Below the pieces are notes generated by a model. It had not been told where the DNA came from. It saw nothing but the letters and a program-made list of their open reading frames with translations, and made no database searches. A stretch of DNA of 64,000 nucleotides from Longimicrobiales bacterium (GTDB lineage: Bacteria > Gemmatimonadota > Gemmatimonadetes > Longimicrobiales > Gaopeijiaceae): assembly GCA_965204735.1 (NCBI GenBank), contig OZ242008.1, positions 3,040,001-3,104,000 on the forward strand. Direction: 5' to 3'. Positions 38,204 to 46,731 of the stretch are shown here, piece by piece. The position numbers were made by a program, and so were the translations under genes. Numbering within the stretch: the first letter of the stretch is position 1; the number at the start of each line of letters is the position of its first letter.

Positions 38204-39297
38204 TTCCTGTGGATCGTCATCAGAAGGTAGCGCTTCAGGCGCGAGAAGCGCTTCGGGCTCAGGGCGTCCATGCTGCGCAGGAGCCGGCACCGGGTCCGGT
38301 TCGCGACCGGTTCCAGAACGTAGTGGGCGGCCGGCCGCTTCGCCCGCAGCTTCTCCGTCGCAAAGTCGAAGACGGGAAGGCCGATCCGCTCCGCCAGCAG
38401 GCGCGCGAAGGCGAGCGTCGGCAGGACGTGCGGCGTCATGTCCTCCTCGCGGGCGATGCAATAGCCGGCTCGGTCGGCCCGCTCCCGAAAGGCGGCCAGC
38501 GACCAGCCGGAGCGGTCGCTCCCGGCAAGATCGGCCTTGGCCGGCTCGCTCCGGAGAGCGTTGTTCCCGGCCCGTCCCCCGCCGGGCCGGCCGCTCCCGC
38601 CGTCCAAGCTCTCGTCGCCCGAGACTGCACCGGCGCCCGTCGGCGCCCGAAAGTAGTCGGCCACGATCCACCGTCCCCCTGGGGCCAGCGCCCGGTCCAC
38701 CACGCCGAACACCCGCTCCGGGTCCATGTACTGGATCGACTCCGCGTGAAGAATGGTCCCGAAGCGGCCCTCGTGCTCTTCCACCGCCAGGTCTTCGAAC
38801 CGGCAGCGCATCACGGGAACGTCGGGGTAGGCCCGGCGGATGTGCTCGACCTGGTGGCGGTCCGGCGTCAGCCCGATCGCCTCGTGCCCCGCCGCCTTGA
38901 GCACGGCCAGCATTCCGCCCATTCCCGAGCCGGCGTCCAGGACCGGCGACCCGGGCTTCGGCGGACCAATCGCCTCCACGACCTTGCGCGCATAGCGAAG
39001 CTGCGCCCGGTAGAGGGCGTCGAAGCTGATCGCCTCCGGCGGCGTTGTCGGATCGTCGAAGTAGCCGTAGTGAAGGAAGTCGCCGGGCAACATCCGGCTG
39101 TAGAGCAGCAGCTGCGCGTTCCCCTCGACCGTCGGCGTTCGCGCATGGTTGCGGCGCAACTTGATCCGGCGCAGGGCGTGGGCGGGCAACAGAGCGCGTC
39201 CCAACAGCTGCCTGGCGACCCACGACGCCGAGAGCTTTGCCGAGTCGGCGGACGCGCTCCCGTCGCCCGACGAGTGTTCGCCTCCGCCGCCCGTCAC
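38200..39297 (-). CDS. Class I SAM-dependent methyltransferase (sterol/cyclopropane-MT-like)
   Basis: LHYGYF..AQ, VLDAGSGMGG, ESIQY, LAPGGRWIVADYF, EDMTPHVLPT. Confidence 0.88.
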   Translation of the reverse strand: MTGGGGEHSSGDGSASADSAKLSASWVARQLLGRALLPAHALRRIKLRRNHARTPTVEGNAQLLLYSRMLPGDFLHYGYFDDPTTPPEAISFDALYRAQLRYARKVVEAIGPPKPGSPVLDAGSGMGGMLAVLKAAGHEAIGLTPDRHQVEHIRRAYPDVPVMRCRFEDLAVEEHEGRFGTILHAESIQYMDPERVFGVVDRALAPGGRWIVADYFRAPTGAGAVSGDESLDGGSGRPGGGRAGNNALRSEPAKADLAGSDRSGWSLAAFRERADRAGYCIAREEDMTPHVLPTLAFARLLAERIGLPVFDFATEKLRAKRPAAHYVLEPVANRTRCRLLRSMDALSPKRFSRLKRYLLMTIHRK

Positions 39298-40067
39298 GCC
39301 TCGGCGATCCAGCCGCAGCACTTCTTGTACTTGCGGCCGCTGTCGCATGGACAAGGTTCGTTGCGGCCGATTGCGGCCGTCCGGGGGGCAGGCTTGAAGG
39401 GGTTTGCCGGGTACTGGCTGGCCGCCAGCTGGATCGGATCCCGCGCGGCGTCTCGGCACTGTGCGCCCAGAGCGGCGTAGCGGGCGGCGGCGAACCGAAA
39501 GACCGTGCAGGCCTTTTCGGCGGATTCCTCGATCGGCGCGCCGAACTCCCTCTGGAACTCCTTGGCCAAGTCCGGCGTGGAGAAGAAGCAAAGGGTCCAC
39601 ACCACGAAGGCCAGCTCGTCGGAGCCGATCCCGTGCTCTTGCCAATCCTCCTCCAGCCAATAGTGTCCCTGGATGAATCCCCGGCTCCACTGGGCCACGG
39701 GGGCGTCGTCGTCCAAGTTGTCGACGGGATCGTCCGTGAAGACGATGTCGTCGGGCAACATGCCGTCGCGTTGCGTCACGTCGCCGGCGATCTTGTTGTA
39801 GAGCGACATGACGGCCCCGGTGACCATTCTTGCCTCCACCGCCGTCGCGAAGGCCGGCACGGCGCCTCCGAAGACCATGGGCAGCCACTCGGAGGGCGGC
39901 ACGAGGTTGGGCGACGCGGCAACGGAGAAGAGGAAGCCTTCCAGTTCGTTGAACGTGTACGCCTGAAGGCCCTGAACGTCGGGGCGCGAAAGGTACTCGA
40001 TCAGCTCGGTGCGGCGGGCAGAGGTGAACGGTCGTGCGACGGCGCGCACCAGCTTCATCTCGCCCAT
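39294..40067 (-). CDS. UPF0149/YecA family protein with SEC-C motif (copy B)
   Basis: LEGFLFSV..PNLVPPSEWLP, WSRGFIQG, GRNEPCPCDSGRKYKKCC. Confidence 0.9.
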   Translation of the reverse strand: MGEMKLVRAVARPFTSARRTELIEYLSRPDVQGLQAYTFNELEGFLFSVAASPNLVPPSEWLPMVFGGAVPAFATAVEARMVTGAVMSLYNKIAGDVTQRDGMLPDDIVFTDDPVDNLDDDAPVAQWSRGFIQGHYWLEEDWQEHGIGSDELAFVVWTLCFFSTPDLAKEFQREFGAPIEESAEKACTVFRFAAARYAALGAQCRDAARDPIQLAASQYPANPFKPAPRTAAIGRNEPCPCDSGRKYKKCCGWIAEA

Positions 40068-40070
40068 CGG

Positions 40071-41141
40071 CTACCCGCGATTGAAGACGAAGTAGTCGTG
40101 CAGCGCGCGGGCGATCTGCGCCACGACGCGCTCCCGCTCCTCCACGGTGCGCTCCGACTCCTTGACGTACACTACGGCGACGACGTGGCCGGCGCCGTCG
40201 GGCAGGTCGACGATGCCCACGTCGTTGGTGGTCTGGCCGATCGTGCCCGTCTTGTGGGCGACTTGCGTGCCCGGCGGCAGCGCCCCCTTCAGCCTCGCTT
40301 CGCCCGTCCTGCACCGGTACATGATGTCCAGCAGCAGCGCCGAGCTTTCCTCCGACAGCAGCTCTCGATTCCAGATCATCCGCAGCAGGTCCGACATCGC
40401 CGCAGGCGTGGAAGTGTCGCGGGGGTCCGCGTTGAAGACGGCGTTGAGGGCCGCCGTGGCGGCGTCGTCGCGCTCCGCTTCGAGCAGCGTGCGGTACTCG
40501 GCGGGAGCGATGGGATCGGCTTCGCTCACGTCCGCCCGACCCAGCCAGTTGGCGATCAGCGCCCAAGTGGGCCGGTCCACGCGAATGCCGTCCAGCCCGG
40601 CGGCGCGCATCCTGGCCGTGACGGCGGCGGACCCGCCGGCCTCCCGCATGAGGATGTCGGTGGCGATGTTGTCGCTGATCTGCAGCATGAGCTCCAGGAG
40701 GTTGTGGACGGAGACGTGGAGGCCCGGGTCGTCCAGCAGGTCGCTGATGGCGCTGGAGGTCAGGAACACGTCGCTTTGCCGCACCTCCACCAGCTGGGAC
40801 AGGGAAAGCTCGCCGCGATCCGCCATCGACAAGATCTGCACGGCGATCGGAACCTTGTACGTGCTGGCCATGGGGAAGGGCTCGTCGCCGTTCAGCACGA
40901 CCCCGCGTCCCGTCTCCAAGTGGTACGCGGCCACGCCCACGACGCCCTCCGCCGCCTCGGCGAGCCGCTCCACCTCGGCGGCCAAGTGGACCAGGTTCGG
41001 GTCCTCTCCGAAGGTGCGGGCGTTCTGGGCGGCGGCGCCCGACGGGCCGGCGGCCGCGAGACCCGCGACTGCCCAGGCAAGGGCGACGAGGCTCGGCGCC
41101 GGGCCGGGCCGGACTATGGACGTGGGACTGGCGTTCGACAT
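40071..41141 (-). CDS. Class A beta-lactamase-like serine hydrolase
   Basis: Signal peptide; FPMASTYK (SxxK), SDN, RDTSTP, VAHKTGT, NDVGI. Confidence 0.9.
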   Translation of the reverse strand: MSNASPTSIVRPGPAPSLVALAWAVAGLAAAGPSGAAAQNARTFGEDPNLVHLAAEVERLAEAAEGVVGVAAYHLETGRGVVLNGDEPFPMASTYKVPIAVQILSMADRGELSLSQLVEVRQSDVFLTSSAISDLLDDPGLHVSVHNLLELMLQISDNIATDILMREAGGSAAVTARMRAAGLDGIRVDRPTWALIANWLGRADVSEADPIAPAEYRTLLEAERDDAATAALNAVFNADPRDTSTPAAMSDLLRMIWNRELLSEESSALLLDIMYRCRTGEARLKGALPPGTQVAHKTGTIGQTTNDVGIVDLPDGAGHVVAVVYVKESERTVEERERVVAQIARALHDYFVFNRG

Positions 41142-41407
41142 GGAAACGTTCCTCGACAAGGGATGCCTCGCATCGGCCCGAGAGAGGGCGGAGTCGGAGA
41201 CTCGCCCTGGGCTTTGAATTGGATCAGAACTAGTCTGGCTAGCGACTAGTGTCTGCCAGAAAATAGAGGGTCTGGCGCGATCTGGCGAGTCGCAGGCGCG
41301 CGGACAGTGTCGTACCAATTTAGAAATGTCCGGTCTTACCAAGATAGAAATGTCCTCTTTCGGGCGATGTTCGGCGGGAGTCGAACTCGTGCCCGGGAGA
41401 GGAGCGA

Positions 41408-42742
41408 ATGGAGTTGAGCTTGAAGGAGCGGGACCGGATCTCGGTGTTGAGGCAGGTGAGCGAAGGCGTGCTGGCGGCGGCCGACGGCGCGGCGCGCTTC
41501 GGGGTGACGGAGCGTCACTTCCGGCGCGTGCGCCGCCGGTTCGAGGCGGCGGGCGACGAGGTGGTCGTGCACGGGCTCCGGGGTCGGAGGTCGAACCGGT
41601 CGCTGCCGTCGGAGACGCGGGAGCAGGTGCTGGTCATGGCCAGGGACCCCGACTACGCCGACTTCGGCGCCACGTTTCTGGCGGAGCACGTCGAGCGGGA
41701 GCTGGGCGTGCGCGTCAGCGCGGAGACGCTGCGGGCATGGCGGAAGGGCGCGGGCTTGTGGCAGCGCAAGCGCAAGCGGGCGAAGCACCGGCGCCGACGG
41801 CCGCGTCGCGCCGCGCGGGGCGAGCTGCTCCAGTGGGACAGCTCGGTTCACGCCTGGCTTGAAGACCGGGGGCCGCCCGACCTCGTGCTGATCGCGCTGC
41901 ACGACGACGCGACGAGCGGGTTCATGCACGGTCGCTTCGTCGAGCGCGACACGGGCGCCGCGAATCGGCGAGCGATCGTCGAGTGCCTCGAACGCCACGG
42001 ACGGCCGAGGGCGGTATACGTGGACCACGCGGGCCACTTCGGGCAGCGCCTCGGCCCGGAGGGCAAGCGGACCCGGACGATCATCGGCACGGCGCTGGAG
42101 AAGCTGGGCGTCGAGGTGATCCTGGCGAACTCGCCGCAGGCGAAGGGCCGGGTCGAGCGGACGTTCGGCACGGCGCAGGACCGGCTGGTCAAAGAGATGC
42201 GCTTGGCGCGAGTCACCACGCTCGATGCGGCGAACCGCTACTTGGAGGAGCGGTGGGTTCCGTTCTGGAACGAACGCTTCACGGTGGCGCCGGCCGATCC
42301 CCTCGACGCCCATCGCCCGCTGCCTCAGGACATCGATCTGGAAGCCCTCTTCGCCGAGACGGACACGCGGGTCGTGGCCCGCGACTTCACCGTGCGCTTC
42401 GAGAACCGCTTCTGGCAGGTCACGGCCCGCGACGCCGAGGCGGCCGGCGTCGCGCCGGGCTCCCCCGTCGTCGTCGAACGGCGCCTCTCGGGCGAGCTGC
42501 GCTTCCGGCATCGCGGCTGCTACCTGACGCCCAAGGCCTTGGGGGCGGTCCGGTCGGCGACGCCCAAGCCGGCGCCCGCGCCCGCGACGGCCAAGCCCAG
42601 GCCCAAGCCGCCGAAGCCGGGAAGGGATCACCCGTGGCGCAAGCACTTCAGCGCCAGCGTGGCCCAGGCCGTGGCCAAGCGGGAACACCGCGCCGCCCAC
42701 TCCAACGGGACCGGTCCCGAGCGGTGCAGGACCTCGTCCTGA
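41408..42742 (+). CDS. DDE transposase (ISNCY/IS1202-like, rve fold)
   Basis: N-terminal HTH, HGLRGR.SN, DFGAT, LQWDSSVH (D), VYVDHAGHF (D), SPQAKGRVER (E), QDRL, PxxDHPWR tail. Confidence 0.95.
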   Translation: MELSLKERDRISVLRQVSEGVLAAADGAARFGVTERHFRRVRRRFEAAGDEVVVHGLRGRRSNRSLPSETREQVLVMARDPDYADFGATFLAEHVERELGVRVSAETLRAWRKGAGLWQRKRKRAKHRRRRPRRAARGELLQWDSSVHAWLEDRGPPDLVLIALHDDATSGFMHGRFVERDTGAANRRAIVECLERHGRPRAVYVDHAGHFGQRLGPEGKRTRTIIGTALEKLGVEVILANSPQAKGRVERTFGTAQDRLVKEMRLARVTTLDAANRYLEERWVPFWNERFTVAPADPLDAHRPLPQDIDLEALFAETDTRVVARDFTVRFENRFWQVTARDAEAAGVAPGSPVVVERRLSGELRFRHRGCYLTPKALGAVRSATPKPAPAPATAKPRPKPPKPGRDHPWRKHFSASVAQAVAKREHRAAHSNGTGPERCRTSS

Positions 42743-43085
42743 GCCCGCAGGCGGGGACGGCGGCTCGCACCCCCCTTCCCGCAAAGGTCGGACGCGACCG
42801 CAGTGTCGGCATCCGTGCCTCCGAGGCTTGCCGGCGCTGCGCAGGTCGCTCGGCGCACCACGACCGTCCGAGCTGGCAGGCTCAGTGCGAACTGCGAGCC
42901 ATCGGGGCAGCAGTGTCCGGACCCGTCCGCGTTGGCGTCCACCCGGCCAGAGCTTGGCCACGGCGACGACCTCGACTCGCCCGGCCGCCACTGGCCTTGA
43001 AGCGCCCGGAACAGGGCGCCCGGCGCCGTCCAGCCCAGGCTTGCTGGATCCGCGTGTCCTGCGCCCGACACCTGGCCCCCGGCCT
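42741..43085 (+). ncRNA. Candidate structured RNA in the IS 3' non-coding region
   Basis: Nine or more consecutive hairpins, including a 12-bp stem with two G-U pairs and a GCGA tetraloop; one compensatory change between IS copies. Confidence 0.45.
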
Positions 43086-43373
43086 CAGGAAGAACCCACC
43101 GTCCACACCATCAGGGGGGACATTTCTACTTTGGCCAACTACCGGACATTTCTACTTTGGCTTGACACGCAGGCGCGCGGACAGCGAAGAGCCAACCTTG
43201 TGCAACCATGGTGCACGGTCGCCGCACCGCCAGTCAGCCCCCGGAGATTCCACACGTCGCGAGTGCAGTTCACGCCCCACAACAAGGCGTTATTGAAGCC
43301 GGGGGCGCCCAGGTGCTGGATCGACCTCGTTTAGGCCGAGTCAAGAAAGGCGGCGCCCCGAGCCGACGGTCGC

Positions 43374-43742
43374 TCAGGCGCCGACAAGACCCCAACCCCG
43401 TCCGGAGACTCCAGAGCCTTCTTGATCGCCCCGGAAGAACAGGTCGATGTCTTCCGTTGTCATCTCTGGAAGGCGACCTTCGACATCCCACCCTTCCTGC
43501 TTCCACAGCTTCCGCTCCCGCTCCTGTATGTGCGGCGGCAGCACCTCGATCGCTCCCTCGAAGAAGCGACCCTCCTTCAGCGCCCGCTCCCACCGCTCCT
43601 GTATGTGCGGCAGCGCCTTGATCGCCGCCTTGGCCACCCCAGGCGGCAACGGCTGCATGCCGCTGGGCTCCACTTCCGGCGTGGTCGAGTCGCACGCCGA
43701 CAAGGCGGCGACGATCCCGAAGAGCTTCCACTGCTTGGACAT
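43374..43742 (-). CDS. Small lipoprotein, possibly a truncated remnant
   Basis: GGAGG RBS; MSKQWKLFGIVAALSAC lipobox; internal PHIQER duplication; RWERAL resembles the start of the M8-like domains at 3.2/5.1 kb. Confidence 0.5.
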   Translation of the reverse strand: MSKQWKLFGIVAALSACDSTTPEVEPSGMQPLPPGVAKAAIKALPHIQERWERALKEGRFFEGAIEVLPPHIQERERKLWKQEGWDVEGRLPEMTTEDIDLFFRGDQEGSGVSGRGWGLVGA

Positions 43743-43842
43743 GCGACACCTCCTCATGGAGAGAACCTGCAGCACGGGTGATTCCTCCCCGGCTTGGCGA
43801 GCCGCTCGCCCGGCCCGTCAGGCTGGTTAGATTAACCTCGCA

Positions 43843-44904
43843 ATGAACCACGTACAGACTCGCGCTCCGACGGCCCTCGCCGTGCTGGCCGTCGCGACCC
43901 TTTTCTCGGCTTGCGGAGGCGGTTCCGGCGACCCTGCGCTCCCCGTTCCCGATCCCCCGCCCGACCCTCCCGGCCCGTGCACCATCGCCGCCCGCTGCGG
44001 GGCGCGCATCGCACTGGCCTCCGGCGCCTTCCTCCCCCACTACGCCACGTACCCGCTCGACCGGGGCGCCGCCGGCAGCCCGACCCCCGTCGTCCGCGCC
44101 GTCGTGGTCGTGCACGGGAACCTCCGCAACGCCCACGCCTACTTCGAGCGGGTGGTGACGGCCGCCGAGCAGGCAGGCCGCCTCGCCGAGACGTTGATCG
44201 TCGCCCCCCGCTTCCAGACCAGCGACGACGCCCCCCGGCCCGACGAGCCGTACTGGACCAGCCCCGGCTGGAAGCGCGGTCACCCATCCGCCGGCGGCGC
44301 TGCCCCGCCGATCAGCTCGTACCAAGCTCTCGACACCCTCGTCGCTCGGCTCGCCAACCGCACCCTCTTCCCCGACTTGGCCAAGGTCGTGGTCACGGGC
44401 CACTCGGCAGGCGGCCAAGTCGCCCACCGCTACGCCGCCGGCAGCCCGGCAGAGGACCGGCACGACCGCCTCGCCTTCCGACACGTGGTCGCCAACCCCT
44501 CGACCTACCTGTACCCGACGCCCGTCCGGGAGTGGGCGGGGGAGCACGTCGTGCCCGACGCCCTCGCTTGCCCGGAGTACGACGAATGGCACTACGGCCT
44601 CCAGGCCCTGAACCCGTACATGACCCTCCAGACCGCCGACAGCGCCCTCGCCCGACTGCTGCGCCGCGACGCCGTCGTCCTCGTCGGCGACCAGGACACG
44701 GGCTCCGCGTCCCTCGACCAGTCGTGCGGCGCCAACTACCAAGGGCCGAACCGCTACCAGCGAGGGCTGGCTCTGGTCCGCACCCTCGCCCATGTCTTCC
44801 CGGGGAGTCACCGCCACCGCGCCGTCGTCGTGCCCGGCGTGGGCCATTCGAGCACTGGGATGTACCAGTCGTCGCAGGGCCGGGACGCGCTCTTCGGGTG
44901 GTGA
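43843..44904 (+). CDS. Alpha/beta hydrolase lipoprotein
   Basis: Lipobox FSAC; VVVHG, GHSAGGQ, VANPSTY, GDQD, PGVGHS. Confidence 0.88.
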   Translation: MNHVQTRAPTALAVLAVATLFSACGGGSGDPALPVPDPPPDPPGPCTIAARCGARIALASGAFLPHYATYPLDRGAAGSPTPVVRAVVVVHGNLRNAHAYFERVVTAAEQAGRLAETLIVAPRFQTSDDAPRPDEPYWTSPGWKRGHPSAGGAAPPISSYQALDTLVARLANRTLFPDLAKVVVTGHSAGGQVAHRYAAGSPAEDRHDRLAFRHVVANPSTYLYPTPVREWAGEHVVPDALACPEYDEWHYGLQALNPYMTLQTADSALARLLRRDAVVLVGDQDTGSASLDQSCGANYQGPNRYQRGLALVRTLAHVFPGSHRHRAVVVPGVGHSSTGMYQSSQGRDALFGW

Positions 44905-44919
44905 CGGCGCCGGCGAGAG

Positions 44920-44992
<73 letters not shown>

Positions 44993-45187
44993 GCCCAAAG
45001 CTAACCGAACGGAGGGCCGTGTCCACGGCGCTCTGGCCCGTCGTCGCCGCCCCCGCCGGCCCGCTGGATCGGGAACTCGCAGCAGAGGCCGGTGGCAAGC
45101 TGTTGCGGCTCGTCCCGACCGCTTACGTTCTCTCGGTTGACGACGCGCCCGGCGGAGACGGCCCCAACAAGGCAGCGCTGCGACCCC

Positions 45188-46681
45188 ATGACGGAGACGA
45201 AGCGGCGGCTCGACGCGACGGCCCCCGAGGCCCGTTCCGGGCTGCCCCCGTTCGAGAAGCGGACGCTCCCCGCCCCACCCAGGCCCAAGGGGCTGGCCTG
45301 GATCGGAGTGGTAGGACCGGGCGTCATCGTCCTGGGCGCCTCGGTGGGGAGCGGCGAGTACCTCCTGGGACCCGCCGCCTTCGTGCAGTACGGGCTCGTG
45401 CTGCTTTGGGTGACCCTGGCGGCCGCCTTCCTCCAGACGGTCTTCAACACCGAGCTGATGCGGTGGACGATCGCCACGGGCGAACCGGCCATCACGGGCT
45501 TCATGCGCACTCGGCCCTGGTCTTCTCTTTGGGCGATCTTCTACGCGTTGCTGTACTTCCTGCAGGTGGGCTGGCCGGGATGGGCCGGCACGGCGGCGGG
45601 CGCGCTCTTCTTTCTGGTCTTCCGCGACTTGGCCGGCCCGGAGCATGCGGACCTGGTCTACTTGTTCGGCGTGGGCACGTTCGCCTTGTGCGTCGCAATC
45701 CTGTTGTTCGGCAAGCGCATCGAGCGCACGCTGGAGCTCCTCAACTGGGTGCTCGTCTCGGTCGTCATCGCCGGGTTCTTGATCCTCGGGCTGATCTTCG
45801 TCCCGCTGGGCACCTGGGCCGACGCCGCCGCCGGCCTTGCTGGCTTCGACCGCAGGATCAGCGCCTTCCGCTTCTTGCCCGAGGGCGCGGACTACTTCCT
45901 GCTGGGCGCCTTCGCGGCCTACTCGGGCGCTGGCGGGGTGATCAACCTGACTCTCTCCAACTGGGCCAGGGACAAGGGCTACGGAATGGCCAAGGCGGCC
46001 GGCTACATCCCGTCGGCCCTGAGCGGGAAGAAGGTGACGCTGGCGTCGTCCGGCTACACCTTCGACGCAGGCACGCCCCAGGCCCAGGAGCGATGGCGCG
46101 GCTGGTGGCGGATCGTCCGCGCCGACCAGTGGGGCGTCTACTTCGTGGGCGCCGTGCTGGGAATGGTGCTCCCCGCCGTTCTCTACGTGACTTACCTCGA
46201 GAGCGGAGCCGACATCCGCGACCTGTCGATCGCCGCCGCCCTGGCCAACGCGATGGCCACTCGAGAAGGGGCGATCTTCGGAGGCGCGATCGCCCTGATG
46301 GGCGTATGGGTGCTCTTCAAGACCCAGCTGGACATCGTGGAGGGGATGACCAGGGCCGTCACCGACATCCTCTGGACCGGCTCGCGTCGCGTTCGCCGGG
46401 TCCGAGGCGGCGACGCTCGACGCGTCTACTACGCCGTCCTGATCGGGCTCGCCCTGTGGGGCGTGGTCGCGATGAAGATCGCCCAGCCCATCTTCTTGCT
46501 CCAATTGGGCGCGAACATGGCTGGAATCGTGTTCGTGGTCGCGTCGCTCCACTTGCTGTACATCAACACGCGCTTCCTGCCCAAGGAAGTGCGTCCGCCG
46601 CTTTGGCGTCGCGTGGCGCTCGTGGCCATGGCCGTGTTCTACGGCGCCTTTGTTGCGATGTGGCTTGGCAGCATGTTGTGA
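45188..46681 (+). CDS. Nramp-like (APC superfamily) transporter
   Basis: GPGVIVLGASVGSGE, E.MRWTIATGE, multiple TM helices, WARDKGYGM. Confidence 0.85.
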   Translation: MTETKRRLDATAPEARSGLPPFEKRTLPAPPRPKGLAWIGVVGPGVIVLGASVGSGEYLLGPAAFVQYGLVLLWVTLAAAFLQTVFNTELMRWTIATGEPAITGFMRTRPWSSLWAIFYALLYFLQVGWPGWAGTAAGALFFLVFRDLAGPEHADLVYLFGVGTFALCVAILLFGKRIERTLELLNWVLVSVVIAGFLILGLIFVPLGTWADAAAGLAGFDRRISAFRFLPEGADYFLLGAFAAYSGAGGVINLTLSNWARDKGYGMAKAAGYIPSALSGKKVTLASSGYTFDAGTPQAQERWRGWWRIVRADQWGVYFVGAVLGMVLPAVLYVTYLESGADIRDLSIAAALANAMATREGAIFGGAIALMGVWVLFKTQLDIVEGMTRAVTDILWTGSRRVRRVRGGDARRVYYAVLIGLALWGVVAMKIAQPIFLLQLGANMAGIVFVVASLHLLYINTRFLPKEVRPPLWRRVALVAMAVFYGAFVAMWLGSML

Positions 46682-46731
46682 TCCGCCCAACGAAGCACCG
46701 ACTCGTTCCCCCAAACCTGCAAGGAGGCGCC

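Larger units (their letters stand above)
41308..43167 (+). mobile_element. Insertion sequence, IS1202-like (ISNCY/IS481-related), complete, 1860 bp
   Basis: TGT...ACA ends; inverted repeats TGTCnnnCCAAnnTAGAAATGTCCGGT with two CCAAnnTAGAAATGTCC boxes at each end; flanking 17-bp direct repeat CGCAGGCGCGCGGACAG (41291-41307, 43168-43184). Confidence 0.95.

Noticed and set aside
42746..42760. CGCAGGCG in the first IS hairpin matches the start of the target duplication, suggesting a guide sequence
   Set aside because: An 8-nt GC-rich match is expected by chance, and copy 2 has almost the same loop but an unrelated target
42628..43334. Passenger or accessory ORFs in the IS 3' region
   Set aside because: Low-complexity translations without RBS or motifs, and several run across the IS boundary or overlap the transposase
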